Part shown: piece after piece, positions 1 through 8,873 of the stretch
Position numbering within the stretch: the first letter of the stretch is position 1
Layout: each line of letters starts with the position of its first letter
DNA from: a virus
Virus record (IMG/VR): IMGVR_UViG_3300042884_000193
Span: 1 to 64,000 of that record
DNA length: 64,000 nt
Direction: 5' to 3' (one strand)
Position numbers and translations under genes: made by a program
Notes under the pieces: generated by a model
Seen by the model: the letters and a program-made list of their open reading frames with translations, nothing else
Database searches by the model: none
Told to the model about the DNA's origin: nothing

Positions 1-2
1 AC

Positions 3-839
3 TGGACCATTACTAATGATGCATCTAAAGCAGATTTCTTTATTGGTCATAGTAATAATGTGAGTAGAGGTAATGCAGATCAACAAGTTCCTAATGCTCT
101 CGTAGCTAGCAATTGCTCTGTAATGAGGTATGATATGCCTGATGACTTTAGTAGAGAGAAGATAAAACTGAAAGGTGGTGTCTTTAATACTATTATGGAT
201 ACTGAGAACTGGATGGTATTCTCTAAAGCATATTACCGCTATTATGATTCTTGGTCACCCCTACATAATAATGAATGGACATATAACTTCCTGCATTCAA
301 GAACTGTAGAGATGTTATACCGCATACTATCTATGAAGACACCTGTTATAGATGAAGAGTTAATCTTTAATTCTATAGAGCGTGTCACCATAGATGAGTC
401 TGTATATCATACTCTATTTAGTATGTTTAACGCTGACATAGAAAACCGCAACGTTGCTGCAGAGATGTTATTCAATTGTAACTATGAGAATTCTATGTAT
501 TATATCTATAAGCTTTTCAAAGCTGAGTACTATACTATAACTAATAGTATGACTACTAATAATTATAATATTATGAATAGTAAATTAGATCTAAGTAGTC
601 TTAGACATAAAGATTATCCTGCTGCTATAAAACTATTCCTTAAGAAGGGTTGGTTAAATGAGGAGATATATGATAATCTTATTGCGGATACAATTGAAGA
701 TTGTGTTAAAGATAACCTGTCTGATGATGCAAGAAGGTTTGTAAAACTTACACCTACTTGGACCAGGACTTACCAAGAGTTTATGGAGGAAAATAAACCT
801 AAAGAGGAGCCTAAAACTGAAGCTCCATTACCATTTTAA
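3..839 (+). CDS. Hypothetical protein, 5'-truncated by the window edge; paralog of the downstream gene (BRCT-like N-terminal remnant plus helical C-domain)
   Basis: Frame is open from nt 3 (WTITNDASKADFFIGHSNNVSRG...), so the GTG at 60 is probably not the start. Segment TIDESVYHTLFSMFNADIENRNVAAEMLFNCNYENS aligns with VIDRDAFESLRTMLNSGDKDNHLVAMTIMAGCNYEKS in the next ORF. Ends ...APLPF. Confidence 0.75.
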   Translation, partial: WTITNDASKADFFIGHSNNVSRGNADQQVPNALVASNCSVMRYDMPDDFSREKIKLKGGVFNTIMDTENWMVFSKAYYRYYDSWSPLHNNEWTYNFLHSRTVEMLYRILSMKTPVIDEELIFNSIERVTIDESVYHTLFSMFNADIENRNVAAEMLFNCNYENSMYYIYKLFKAEYYTITNSMTTNNYNIMNSKLDLSSLRHKDYPAAIKLFLKKGWLNEEIYDNLIADTIEDCVKDNLSDDARRFVKLTPTWTRTYQEFMEENKPKEEPKTEAPLPF

Positions 840-841
840 TT

Positions 842-1966
842 ATGATACAAGAACAACTAACACTTACTGTAAGTAATAATGAGCTGGTACTTGAAGCTAG
901 CCGCGTACTAGTGGATGATAAAGGAAAATATCTATATTACCGCTGGAATGAACAGGAGTATCTAAAAGTATTTAAGCAGTCAACTGCTGATAAGAAATTA
1001 GATCTCACTAATGTAAAAACAATATACTTTGCACCTAAGTGCAGTATTCCTAGAGATAAGGCTAAGCCTTTCTTGGAGGAAAAGAAGATCAAGACTGTTA
1101 GAGATAGGGATACTGCAGATGTAATAATTGCATCTGTAGATTCTGTAGAGGCAGGTCTAGATACTAAACACCTATATCATGTAAAGACCTCTGATATAAT
1201 CCCATTTGTTAAAGGTTTTAGAACTGGTGCTGATATAGATAATCTTATAGTGCAATTATCTACCTATACTGGTAAAAATGTTATTATAAATAGATCTGTT
1301 GTTGAACCATTTTATATAAATAATCACATTAAGCCTACTAAAAATCTCTATGGTAATAGCTTAAATGGTAAATCATTTCAAAGTGGGGACTACTATGGTG
1401 AGTATATAACAACTGTAACAGATGACTTCTTACTATTTGGTGCAAACCTTAGTAATGTTTATTCACAAGAAGTATTTAATAATCTTATTGGTGACACTGT
1501 TATTGATAGAGATGCCTTTGAATCTTTGAGAACTATGCTAAATAGTGGGGATAAAGATAATCACCTAGTTGCTATGACCATTATGGCCGGATGTAACTAT
1601 GAGAAAAGCTTTGTCTATCTAGCATTACTCCTAGAAGAGTTTGGTAGAAACGCTATCTATAATCATAAGTATAGAAATACTGTAGCCTTTAAGTCTTTGA
1701 CTAACTGGATTGGTTATAACAAGTACCGCTGGGACAAAGATGCTATCCTAGACGTATCTATAGAGAAAGAGTTACTAACTCAAGAACTATTGGATACTGT
1801 TAAGGCTAGTGTATTAGGTGGGTCTAGAACTTATAGTGACAACTTTGAGGTTGTAGATATTAGATTAACTGCAGAGATGCAAATCAAGGTAGATAAACTT
1901 TTAAATAAACAAGATGATAGATTTCCAAGCGGAGGAGAACTTCTACAAGAAGAAGTTTCACTTTAG
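842..1966 (+). CDS. Hypothetical protein with BRCT-like segment
   Basis: 374 aa ORF. KTIYFAPKCSIPRDKAKPFLEEKKIKTVRDRDTADVIIAS resembles the BRCT beta-alpha-beta pattern. C-terminal half is paralogous to the upstream ORF. Confidence 0.7.
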   Translation: MIQEQLTLTVSNNELVLEASRVLVDDKGKYLYYRWNEQEYLKVFKQSTADKKLDLTNVKTIYFAPKCSIPRDKAKPFLEEKKIKTVRDRDTADVIIASVDSVEAGLDTKHLYHVKTSDIIPFVKGFRTGADIDNLIVQLSTYTGKNVIINRSVVEPFYINNHIKPTKNLYGNSLNGKSFQSGDYYGEYITTVTDDFLLFGANLSNVYSQEVFNNLIGDTVIDRDAFESLRTMLNSGDKDNHLVAMTIMAGCNYEKSFVYLALLLEEFGRNAIYNHKYRNTVAFKSLTNWIGYNKYRWDKDAILDVSIEKELLTQELLDTVKASVLGGSRTYSDNFEVVDIRLTAEMQIKVDKLLNKQDDRFPSGGELLQEEVSL

Positions 1967-2882
1967 TTATTCCGGGTTCAACAAATTATTGTTTGCCCCT
2001 AGTGCTTTTTACAAGCATTACATCTTAAACCAAAGAGAGGACAAGATGGAGCAGCACCTGATTGAAGGTAGCCTGCTTCATTGTCTTCTCCTAGAAGAGG
2101 ATAAGTTTCATGATAAGTATGTGGTGTCCCCGGTAAACTTACCGGGTGACAGCATTAAGAATGTTGTTGACAAGGTATTCACAAGAGCCTGGGCTAATAA
2201 CAATCTTGACTTATCTTTGGAGCAGAATGAGTTTGAGATCCTTGATACATTAAAGGAAATCAATCTGTATCAGAGTCTCAAGACTGATGCACAAAGAGTT
2301 GAGAAAGTAATAACTGACGCAAGTATAAGTTACTATAACTTCTTAACTACAAAGGGTGACAAGGCTGTTATAGACGAGGAAACCCTGAACAAAGTAAAAG
2401 GTTATGCTGAGATCGTAAGATCTAATGAGAAGATTACAAGCTTACTCAATATAGGGGGTCCCTTTAGTATGAGTGAGGTGCCATTTGTAATGGACACAAA
2501 GTATGCCTTTGGTCTTAGGGGTTTTGTAGATAATGTTAACATTGATCACGGTGCCAAAGTGATTTATATTAATGATCTCAAGACTAGTGGAAAACTATTA
2601 CAAGATTTCCCGGAGACCGTAGAGTATTATAAGTACTGGTTGCAAGCTGCAGTGTACTGTAAATTAGTAAGAGCTAACTATGGCTTAAGTAATTATCAGA
2701 TTAAGTTTCATTTCATAGTGGTTGACAAGCTCACCCAGTGTTATGCATTTGAAGTTAGTCAAGTAACTCTTAATAGCTGGATGGATAAGCTTGATGAGAT
2801 AATGAAAATTGCAGACTATCATTACACAAATAGAAAATTTGACTTACCTTATGAATATGAGGTTGGTAATGTAATTTTATAA
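1914..2882 (+). CDS. PD-(D/E)xK exonuclease (RecE/ExoVIII/Cas4-like)
   Basis: N-terminal FSYS, GSLLHCLLLE, catalytic E..RGFVD..INDLKTS and YWLQAAVY motifs. Confidence 0.85.
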   Translation: MIDFQAEENFYKKKFHFSYSGFNKLLFAPSAFYKHYILNQREDKMEQHLIEGSLLHCLLLEEDKFHDKYVVSPVNLPGDSIKNVVDKVFTRAWANNNLDLSLEQNEFEILDTLKEINLYQSLKTDAQRVEKVITDASISYYNFLTTKGDKAVIDEETLNKVKGYAEIVRSNEKITSLLNIGGPFSMSEVPFVMDTKYAFGLRGFVDNVNIDHGAKVIYINDLKTSGKLLQDFPETVEYYKYWLQAAVYCKLVRANYGLSNYQIKFHFIVVDKLTQCYAFEVSQVTLNSWMDKLDEIMKIADYHYTNRKFDLPYEYEVGNVIL

Positions 2883-2885
2883 TGT

Positions 2886-3437
2886 ATGATCAAAAATGTA
2901 TATGGTAAGTATTTTCAAAAGTCTAGGATATTCTTATATCCTGCATTAGACATACATGTGTCTAATTTTATGCCGTATCAGACATATGTTGCATGGGATA
3001 ATGAATTAGATCTCGATGCAAAGTTCTTAATCTGTGTGTTTGATTTACAGTCTACACCAGAATTTCATCAGTTTGAAAAAGCTCGCCTTATGAATCATGT
3101 ATTATTTGAGGATTATTATGAGCTGTCAAATGGAAGAGGTGCCTATATATTTCGGATGGCTGGCTTACCTATATGGGATGCCTTCATATCCGGCAACTAT
3201 AGCAAGTTCCCTGATGTATACAAGGACAAGATTATTAAATGTCACGGCATATCAACAGCTAACAAAGAGCATCTTGAAAGTTATTTGTATCCCGAAAAGT
3301 ATTATAGGGATTACGCAAGAGCTTTAGATATTGATGAATCTGTGCTGCAAGAGGTGGGGCAATTGTGTAGCCCACCAAATCTAAAGAAAGAAAAACTAAC
3401 TGTCTTAAAAAAAGAGTTGGATTTCTCAAACAAATAA
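2886..3437 (+). CDS. Hypothetical protein
   Basis: 183 aa ORF tightly packed in the operon. Confidence 0.75.
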   Translation: MIKNVYGKYFQKSRIFLYPALDIHVSNFMPYQTYVAWDNELDLDAKFLICVFDLQSTPEFHQFEKARLMNHVLFEDYYELSNGRGAYIFRMAGLPIWDAFISGNYSKFPDVYKDKIIKCHGISTANKEHLESYLYPEKYYRDYARALDIDESVLQEVGQLCSPPNLKKEKLTVLKKELDFSNK

Positions 3438-3446
3438 CTAAATTTG
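3417..3446 (+). promoter_or_regulatory. Candidate Bacteroidota sigmaA promoter (-33 TTG, -7 TAAATTTG)
   Basis: TAAATTTG at 3439-3446 matches the TAnnTTTG consensus; TTG lies 19 nt upstream; the box is 13 nt before the ATG at 3460. Confidence 0.5.
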
Positions 3447-3459
3447 TAAAAACCAAATA

Positions 3460-3858
3460 ATGATGAGTATAAATAAATCTATGATTTTGACCACAGGTCA
3501 ATGGAATAATCAAAAAACCTTTAAGTTAATGCCTGTTACACGTGAGTGTCCTTTCATTGAAGGTATTTATGACCCAAATGTTAAAGTATTAGCTATGATA
3601 AGCGATACTAAGAAGCAAGTATTTCACATGGTTCCTAAGATTGATCCAAATGGTGATCCAGAAAAGCGTAAAACTCTTGCTCAAGACGGTAACCCTTATA
3701 AACAAGAGCGCCGCACACTAGAAAGTTTCCAAGAATATTATATTGAGGAGCGTTCTGAGATTGAGGAGATGATCAAATTGTTTGCTATCAATGCAGACTC
3801 TTATGATTATACTGGATTTTTAGATGCTGCGCCAACTGAGGCTAACACCACCATCTAG
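3460..3858 (+). CDS. Hypothetical protein
   Basis: 132 aa ORF between a candidate promoter and a terminator. Confidence 0.75.
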   Translation: MMSINKSMILTTGQWNNQKTFKLMPVTRECPFIEGIYDPNVKVLAMISDTKKQVFHMVPKIDPNGDPEKRKTLAQDGNPYKQERRTLESFQEYYIEERSEIEEMIKLFAINADSYDYTGFLDAAPTEANTTI

Positions 3859-3878
3859 TAAATAAAAAAAGTTTATAC

Positions 3879-3907
3879 AAGGGAGGCATGTCCTCCCTTT
3901 ATTTTTT
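3879..3907 (+). terminator. Rho-independent terminator
   Basis: Stem AAGGGAGG / CCTCCCTT with CATGT loop, followed by TATTTTTT. Confidence 0.75.
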
Positions 3908-3919
3908 AAATGTAAATGT

Positions 3920-5914
3920 ATGAGCAAAAATTGGGTAATGGACTACGAGACCCTAATCAATTGTTTTGTTGCAGTTTTTACTGAGTACAAGACAGATGAG
4001 ACACATGTCTTTGTTATCCATAGTAGTCGTAATGATTTTACTGCTCTAGCAAGTTTTCTAAATGATAATATAGTAGAGGAACAATTCCATATTTCTTTTA
4101 ACGGTATTCACTTTGACTCTCAGATTACTGAGTATATGATACGTGACTATGACTGGTTAGAGAATATGCCCGCTGAAGAAATAGCACACTTGCTATATCT
4201 AAAAGCACAGGAGGTTATTGACCGCTCTAATGCTAATGAGTTTAGTGAGTTCTCTGAAAGAGACTTACATATCAAGCAGTTAGATGTTTTCAAGCTTAAC
4301 CACTGGGATAATCCTGCTAAAAGATCTAGTCTTAAATGGATTGAGTTCTCAATGGATTGGCACAATGTCCGAGACATGCCAATACACCATAGTACTTATA
4401 TCAATGACCAAGATCAAATAGATACTATTATAAGTTATTGCATCAATGACGTAGCTGCAACTAAGCGGATTATGGAACTGAGTAAAGATCAAATCATGCT
4501 CAGAAAATCTCTTACTGCAGAGTATAACATTAATCTTATGAGTGCTTCAGAGCCTAGGATATCTAAAGAGTTGTTCCTGTATTTCCTTTCTGAGAAAACA
4601 GGGATGAACAAGTATGATCTTAAGCAGATGAGGACAATCAGAGAAAGCATCAATGTAGGGGATATCATATTACCGTATATCAAGTTTAAACGTAAGGAGT
4701 TTATAAACATCCACGAGAAGTTTAAATCTCTAGTTATAAATACTAATGAGACTAAAGGTGGGTTCAAGTATTCTCTGACTCACAAAGGTGTTAAAACTGA
4801 TTATGGTTTGGGTGGTTTGCATGGTGCTACTAAGGCTGGTGTGTATGAAGCAGGTAATGGTATGATAATAATGACGTCTGACGTTACTAGTTTCTATCCT
4901 AACCTTGCTATCCGCAATGGCTGGTCACCTGCGCATATCCCGCAAGCAGAATTCTGTGAGCAGTATGAGTGGTTCTTTGATGAGAGAAAGAAGATTCCAA
5001 AGAAGGATCCAAAGAACTATGTATATAAGATTATACTTAACAGTACTTATGGTTTAAGTAATGACGAGAACTGTTTCTTGTATGATCCTGAATTCACTAT
5101 GCGCATCACTATCAACGGTCAGCTTAGTTTGACTATGTTATATGAGATGTTATCTGATGCTATACCTGGGAGTATTCCTCTCATGCAAAATACAGATGGT
5201 CTAGAAATGATGATACCTGCTAACATGCGTGAAGTTTATCTTGGCGTATGTACTAAGTGGGAGCAAATGACTAATCTGCAGCTTGAGCATGATGAATATT
5301 CCAGAATGATCATCGGAGATGTCAACAATTACATTGCAGTACTAAAGGATAAGAAGGTAACTAAAGAAGAGTGGGAAGAGCTTAAAGTTAAGAATCCCCA
5401 CTATGTATACAAACAGAACAATGATGTATATACTTACAATGCTACTAAGTGTAAAGGCCGGTTTGAGTTTAGCGATCTCGCTTTACATAAAAACAAGTCA
5501 TCACTTATAGTATCTAAGGCTATCTATTATTATTTTGTTCACAACATAGTACCTGAAGCTTATCTGCAACGCAATAGAAACATCTTTGATTATTGTATTG
5601 GTGTAAAGAAGAAAGGAGATTGGTTTTTTATGGAGACCTGTTTTGTAAAAGGCCAGAGAATAAACAATGAGCTGCAGAACGTGGTAAGATATTATGTATC
5701 AAATCATGGTTGCAAAATCATTAAGATTAATTCTGCTGATGGTCGAGAAATCCAAGCTGAGGCTGGTAAATGGATGCAGACTGTATTCAATGAGTATGTT
5801 AACAAGCCTTGGTTTTCCTATGATGTTAATGATGACTATTATCTTGAGAAGATCTATAAAGAGATAGAACACATTAACAAGAAAAATGCAAGTGCCCAAC
5901 TAAATTTATTTTAA
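3920..5914 (+). CDS. polB: Family B DNA polymerase with 3'-5' exonuclease (crAss-type)
   Basis: Exo motifs DYET, FNGIHFD and YCINDV; polymerase motifs SDVTSFYPN, KIILNSTYG and QNTDG; C-terminal QLNLF. Confidence 0.95.
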   Translation: MSKNWVMDYETLINCFVAVFTEYKTDETHVFVIHSSRNDFTALASFLNDNIVEEQFHISFNGIHFDSQITEYMIRDYDWLENMPAEEIAHLLYLKAQEVIDRSNANEFSEFSERDLHIKQLDVFKLNHWDNPAKRSSLKWIEFSMDWHNVRDMPIHHSTYINDQDQIDTIISYCINDVAATKRIMELSKDQIMLRKSLTAEYNINLMSASEPRISKELFLYFLSEKTGMNKYDLKQMRTIRESINVGDIILPYIKFKRKEFINIHEKFKSLVINTNETKGGFKYSLTHKGVKTDYGLGGLHGATKAGVYEAGNGMIIMTSDVTSFYPNLAIRNGWSPAHIPQAEFCEQYEWFFDERKKIPKKDPKNYVYKIILNSTYGLSNDENCFLYDPEFTMRITINGQLSLTMLYEMLSDAIPGSIPLMQNTDGLEMMIPANMREVYLGVCTKWEQMTNLQLEHDEYSRMIIGDVNNYIAVLKDKKVTKEEWEELKVKNPHYVYKQNNDVYTYNATKCKGRFEFSDLALHKNKSSLIVSKAIYYYFVHNIVPEAYLQRNRNIFDYCIGVKKKGDWFFMETCFVKGQRINNELQNVVRYYVSNHGCKIIKINSADGREIQAEAGKWMQTVFNEYVNKPWFSYDVNDDYYLEKIYKEIEHINKKNASAQLNLF

Positions 5915-5915
5915 A

Positions 5916-6896
5916 ATGAGTAAAAGAATTCCAACTGGTATAACCAGAGAGTACTTAGAAAGTATAGCCCTCCCTAACCACGGGGGGCGCTATACTCCTA
6001 TTAGCCACAAGTCTATTATAGATAAAGTTCATGAAGAACTTGTTACTCGTGGCTTTAATGTAGAATCAGAATTATACCGCGCAAGTATTGGCGGTAATGT
6101 TGCAAACGGTATATATATACTAGACCAGGGTACAGATCCTGATATGAAGATGATGTTTATCTGGGGTAACTCTTATGATAAGTCTATGAGATTTAAGTGT
6201 GGCATAGGTGTATACATACCAAAGACTGGTAACTATATCTTTGCTGGTGACCTATCTAGTTATGCTAGAAAGCATACAGGCAAAGCTGATGAAGAAGCTA
6301 TTTCTATGATTCAGACTCAACTTAATATGGCCAATGTTCATTATGCTGAGTTACTTGAATCAAGAGATGTGCTTATTAATCAGACGGCTAGCTTGCATAC
6401 TTATTCGCAATTAGTAGGTGAGATGTTTATTGAGAAGCAGTGTCTTAATAAAGAGCAAGCCTCTTCAGTAAGGGACCGTCTCCTTAATAAAGTTGTCCTA
6501 TTTGACAACATGGACCACACTAATGCGTGGAACTTCTACAACTGTGTAGCTACCGCATTACGCATGTCACATCCTAAGAACTGGTTTGAGGATCAATCAG
6601 AATGCCACAAAGTTATTAACAAATACTTTGCGTTAACTACTTTAACACAGATGGATTGCGATATGGAGTTTGTACAAGAACCTGTACAGGAGGAAGTACA
6701 ACCTACTAACCAACTAGACATCTTTGAAGTAATAGCTGAGATAACTAAGCCTAAGCTTACTAGTCCTACAGATGTTATAGAAGATGACTTAAGTCTTTTA
6801 GTGGAAGAAATTCAAGAAAAAGTTGTTGAGGAGAAGGTAGAATTCTTTAACTTTGACGGTGACGAATTACCCACATTTGATTTACCTGATTTATGA
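5916..6896 (+). CDS. DUF932/DUF945-like protein with acidic C-terminal tail
   Basis: YTPISH, NSYDKS, RKHTG and AWNFYNCVA motifs typical of DUF932-like proteins; acidic disordered tail. Confidence 0.7.
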   Translation: MSKRIPTGITREYLESIALPNHGGRYTPISHKSIIDKVHEELVTRGFNVESELYRASIGGNVANGIYILDQGTDPDMKMMFIWGNSYDKSMRFKCGIGVYIPKTGNYIFAGDLSSYARKHTGKADEEAISMIQTQLNMANVHYAELLESRDVLINQTASLHTYSQLVGEMFIEKQCLNKEQASSVRDRLLNKVVLFDNMDHTNAWNFYNCVATALRMSHPKNWFEDQSECHKVINKYFALTTLTQMDCDMEFVQEPVQEEVQPTNQLDIFEVIAEITKPKLTSPTDVIEDDLSLLVEEIQEKVVEEKVEFFNFDGDELPTFDLPDL

Positions 6897-7396
6897 CAAG
6901 AGAAGATTTTAGCAGAAGAGTAGAGAAGCGCATCGACCTGGTGCGCCAATCTCTACTAACTAAACATAAAGAGTACGCTAAAGATGATAATGTATTCAGA
7001 AACTTTGATGAAGCTGCGGGGGGATTATCCCTCCACAGCACATCAGCTGAAGTTCTCTGGAGCTATATGACTAAGCATTTAGTTTCTATTAAAGATATAG
7101 TATCTGATAATGTACCTGTTACAAATGAACTAGTGTCTGAAAAGATTGGAGATGTGATAAACTATCTTATCTTACTAGAGGCTATGTTAAATGAGAAAGG
7201 TGAAAGACACTGTAAGCTTAAAGAAGCATACGCTAAGCATAAGCTTTATAACAAATCTGTAGATAGATTGTCTATGTGGACTAGTGACTATACTAAGAAT
7301 ACAGATATGCTAGGCTTGGTAAACATGTCTAAGAATGGTACTGACCATGATATAGATAAAGTAAATTATAATAGTAACGGAGATAAAGGATATTAA
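6893..7396 (+). CDS. All-alpha NTP-pyrophosphatase-like protein (DUF1599/Nmad-like)
   Basis: KHKEYA..DVFRNF and EKIGDVINYLILL motifs; ATGA overlap with the upstream gene. Confidence 0.6.
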   Translation: MTREDFSRRVEKRIDLVRQSLLTKHKEYAKDDNVFRNFDEAAGGLSLHSTSAEVLWSYMTKHLVSIKDIVSDNVPVTNELVSEKIGDVINYLILLEAMLNEKGERHCKLKEAYAKHKLYNKSVDRLSMWTSDYTKNTDMLGLVNMSKNGTDHDIDKVNYNSNGDKGY

Positions 7397-7779
7397 TGAA
7401 GAAGTATATCAATATGGTAGCGGAGTTCCATACCGCGTTTAACATGCCTGATCCACAAGATTACAAACAACTAACACAAGAACAATATGAGTTACGTCAC
7501 AGGCTCTTGGAAGAAGAGAACAACGAGTACCTTGAAGCTTGCGGTGATGATGACCTTGTGGGTATTGCAGATGCTCTTGGTGACCAGCTTTATATCATTT
7601 ACGGGACTATTCTTAAGCATGGCTTACAAGACAGGATTGAAGAAGTCTTCACAGAAATCCATAGGTCCAACATGAGTAAGCTAGATGAAAATGGAAAACC
7701 CATCCTCAGAGAAGATGGGAAGATCCTTAAAGGTAAGAATTACTTTAAACCTAATATCACTAAGATACTAGGAGTTTAA
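7396..7779 (+). CDS. MazG-like nucleoside triphosphate pyrophosphohydrolase (DR2231/PRA-PH-like)
   Basis: VAEFH..F, LLEEENNEY, IADALGDQLY, EIHRSNMSK and REDGKILKG motifs. Confidence 0.9.
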   Translation: MKKYINMVAEFHTAFNMPDPQDYKQLTQEQYELRHRLLEEENNEYLEACGDDDLVGIADALGDQLYIIYGTILKHGLQDRIEEVFTEIHRSNMSKLDENGKPILREDGKILKGKNYFKPNITKILGV

Positions 7780-7913
7780 CCCTGACCTCTATAACTTTTC
7801 TTGTATAACTTACTAGTCTTTGATCGACTAGTTTTTGTTTTTGCAATAACCCCTGGGCGGCTAACTTTAGTACGCTTAGGGGAATTGCTTTTTATAGTTG
7901 CTACTTTTGCCAT
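7776..7913 (-). CDS. Small basic protein (45 aa, ends KKSYRGQG); not in the supplied track
   Basis: Manual translation MAKVATIKSNSPKRTKVSRPGVIAKTKTSRSKTSKLYKKSYRGQG*. Starts just downstream of the 7916 stop; its stop overlaps the convergent gene's stop (TTAA, 7776-7779). Confidence 0.75.
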   Translation of the reverse strand: MAKVATIKSNSPKRTKVSRPGVIAKTKTSRSKTSKLYKKSYRGQG

Positions 7914-7915
7914 AA

Positions 7916-8206
7916 TTATCCTAATTTTTCTGCGGCTGCTGCATCACCGCCGTTATACATTAAACTATCAATCATGTCTCTAAGCTTATAGATTTTTTGT
8001 ACAGAGGTTTCGCTAACAGTCTCTAAAAATTTAAAGTAAAGATCTTTATCTTTATCTTTGTTAAGCTTAAAGTTAGACTTGCCAATAGTAACTGTTAAAT
8101 CTGTTGCAGTATCCTTAGGTAAGTTATTTACAAGTACATTTAACTCAGTCATGTATGTCATGATTGTAGGCATATTCTTGATTAGAGTTTGGATATCATC
8201 TTTCAT
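7916..8206 (-). CDS. Hypothetical protein
   Basis: 96 aa ORF with a TAATG overlap to the upstream gene. Confidence 0.7.
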   Translation of the reverse strand: MKDDIQTLIKNMPTIMTYMTELNVLVNNLPKDTATDLTVTIGKSNFKLNKDKDKDLYFKFLETVSETSVQKIYKLRDMIDSLMYNGGDAAAAEKLG

Positions 8207-8547
8207 TATTTCTTACCTCCTTTGTTTAATTTTGTCTTATAGAAATTCTGAACTTGGTCCATAGCTGTAATAGCACCACCTCTTTTAGCTTCACCTGGTG
8301 CCATTTGTATTTGCATTGTATCAGGATTTATCCTAGGGCCAGGTGTTGTATTTGTTGGTGTTGTATCTGCTTTAATACGAGATTTAATTCTGGGCATATA
8401 TTCACGGGGAGTGGTAGGAACACCATAGAGAAGATCTAACATCTTTTGTTTCTGCTGGTTGACCTTAATCGGATCATATGCCGGAGTACTTATAGTATCC
8501 TCCGTCTCTCTTCCAGGTTGAGCTTTTGGTAATTTTTTCTTAGCCAT
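8206..8547 (-). CDS. Hypothetical disordered/basic protein with xGG motifs
   Basis: 113 aa; contains KKLPKAQPG, AKRGG and LNKGG. Confidence 0.7.
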   Translation of the reverse strand: MAKKKLPKAQPGRETEDTISTPAYDPIKVNQQKQKMLDLLYGVPTTPREYMPRIKSRIKADTTPTNTTPGPRINPDTMQIQMAPGEAKRGGAITAMDQVQNFYKTKLNKGGKK

Positions 8548-8562
8548 TGTTTTATGTTTTAT

Positions 8563-8709
8563 TTAAGATCCACAGTATAAACAGCCATCATCTGCGTCTT
8601 CGCTTTTGCCGGCTAATATGTTTTTGCACTCAGCATCTATTTGTTCCTCAGACCACTGAGGATGAAATGCTTTTACTTGAGCTTTAAGAAATTGATACTT
8701 GTTATCCAT
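8563..8709 (-). CDS. Small protein (48 aa) with C-terminal CxxC (CLYCGS); not in the supplied track
   Basis: Manual translation MDNKYQFLKAQVKAFHPQWSEEQIDAECKNILAGKSEDADDGCLYCGS*; TGATG coupling with the upstream ORF. Confidence 0.75.
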   Translation of the reverse strand: MDNKYQFLKAQVKAFHPQWSEEQIDAECKNILAGKSEDADDGCLYCGS

Positions 8710-8861
8710 CAACATCCTTTCTTCATACCCCCACCTCTTTTCATTGTTGGTTTTGCTTTTGCTGTACCACCTTTACTAAAGTGTGCTCCTGCTAATACGC
8801 GAGAGTTACTTGATTTAGCAGGCATTACAAATGCTGCTGTGTTTTTCTTTACCTTTGCCAT
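8709..8861 (-). CDS. Small basic protein (50 aa) with xGG motifs; not in the supplied track
   Basis: Manual translation MAKVKKNTAAFVMPAKSSNSRVLAGAHFSKGGTAKAKPTMKRGGGMKKGC*. Confidence 0.75.
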   Translation of the reverse strand: MAKVKKNTAAFVMPAKSSNSRVLAGAHFSKGGTAKAKPTMKRGGGMKKGC

Positions 8862-8873
8862 TGTATATATAAT

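Noticed and set aside
1914-1966. 53 nt gene overlap as programmed recoding, and the SGG in that tail as a GG motif
   Set aside because: Most simply a shifted stop codon; no slippery site or structure, and the context does not match the motif
5340-5445. Possible intein or intron in PolB (extra ~30 aa between VNNYIAV and KCKG)
   Set aside because: Too short, with no C...HN splice motifs or frame break; likely a loop insertion
5968-5990. C/G runs (CCCTCCC..GGGGGG) as a phase-variation or frameshift site
   Set aside because: The frame is intact (L-P-N-H-G-G-R) and no useful alternative-frame product is apparent
7801-7983. + strand 60 aa hydrophobic ORF (and the + ORF at 8641-8877)
   Set aside because: Antisense shadows of the Lys-rich - strand mini-genes, which show proper start/stop coupling
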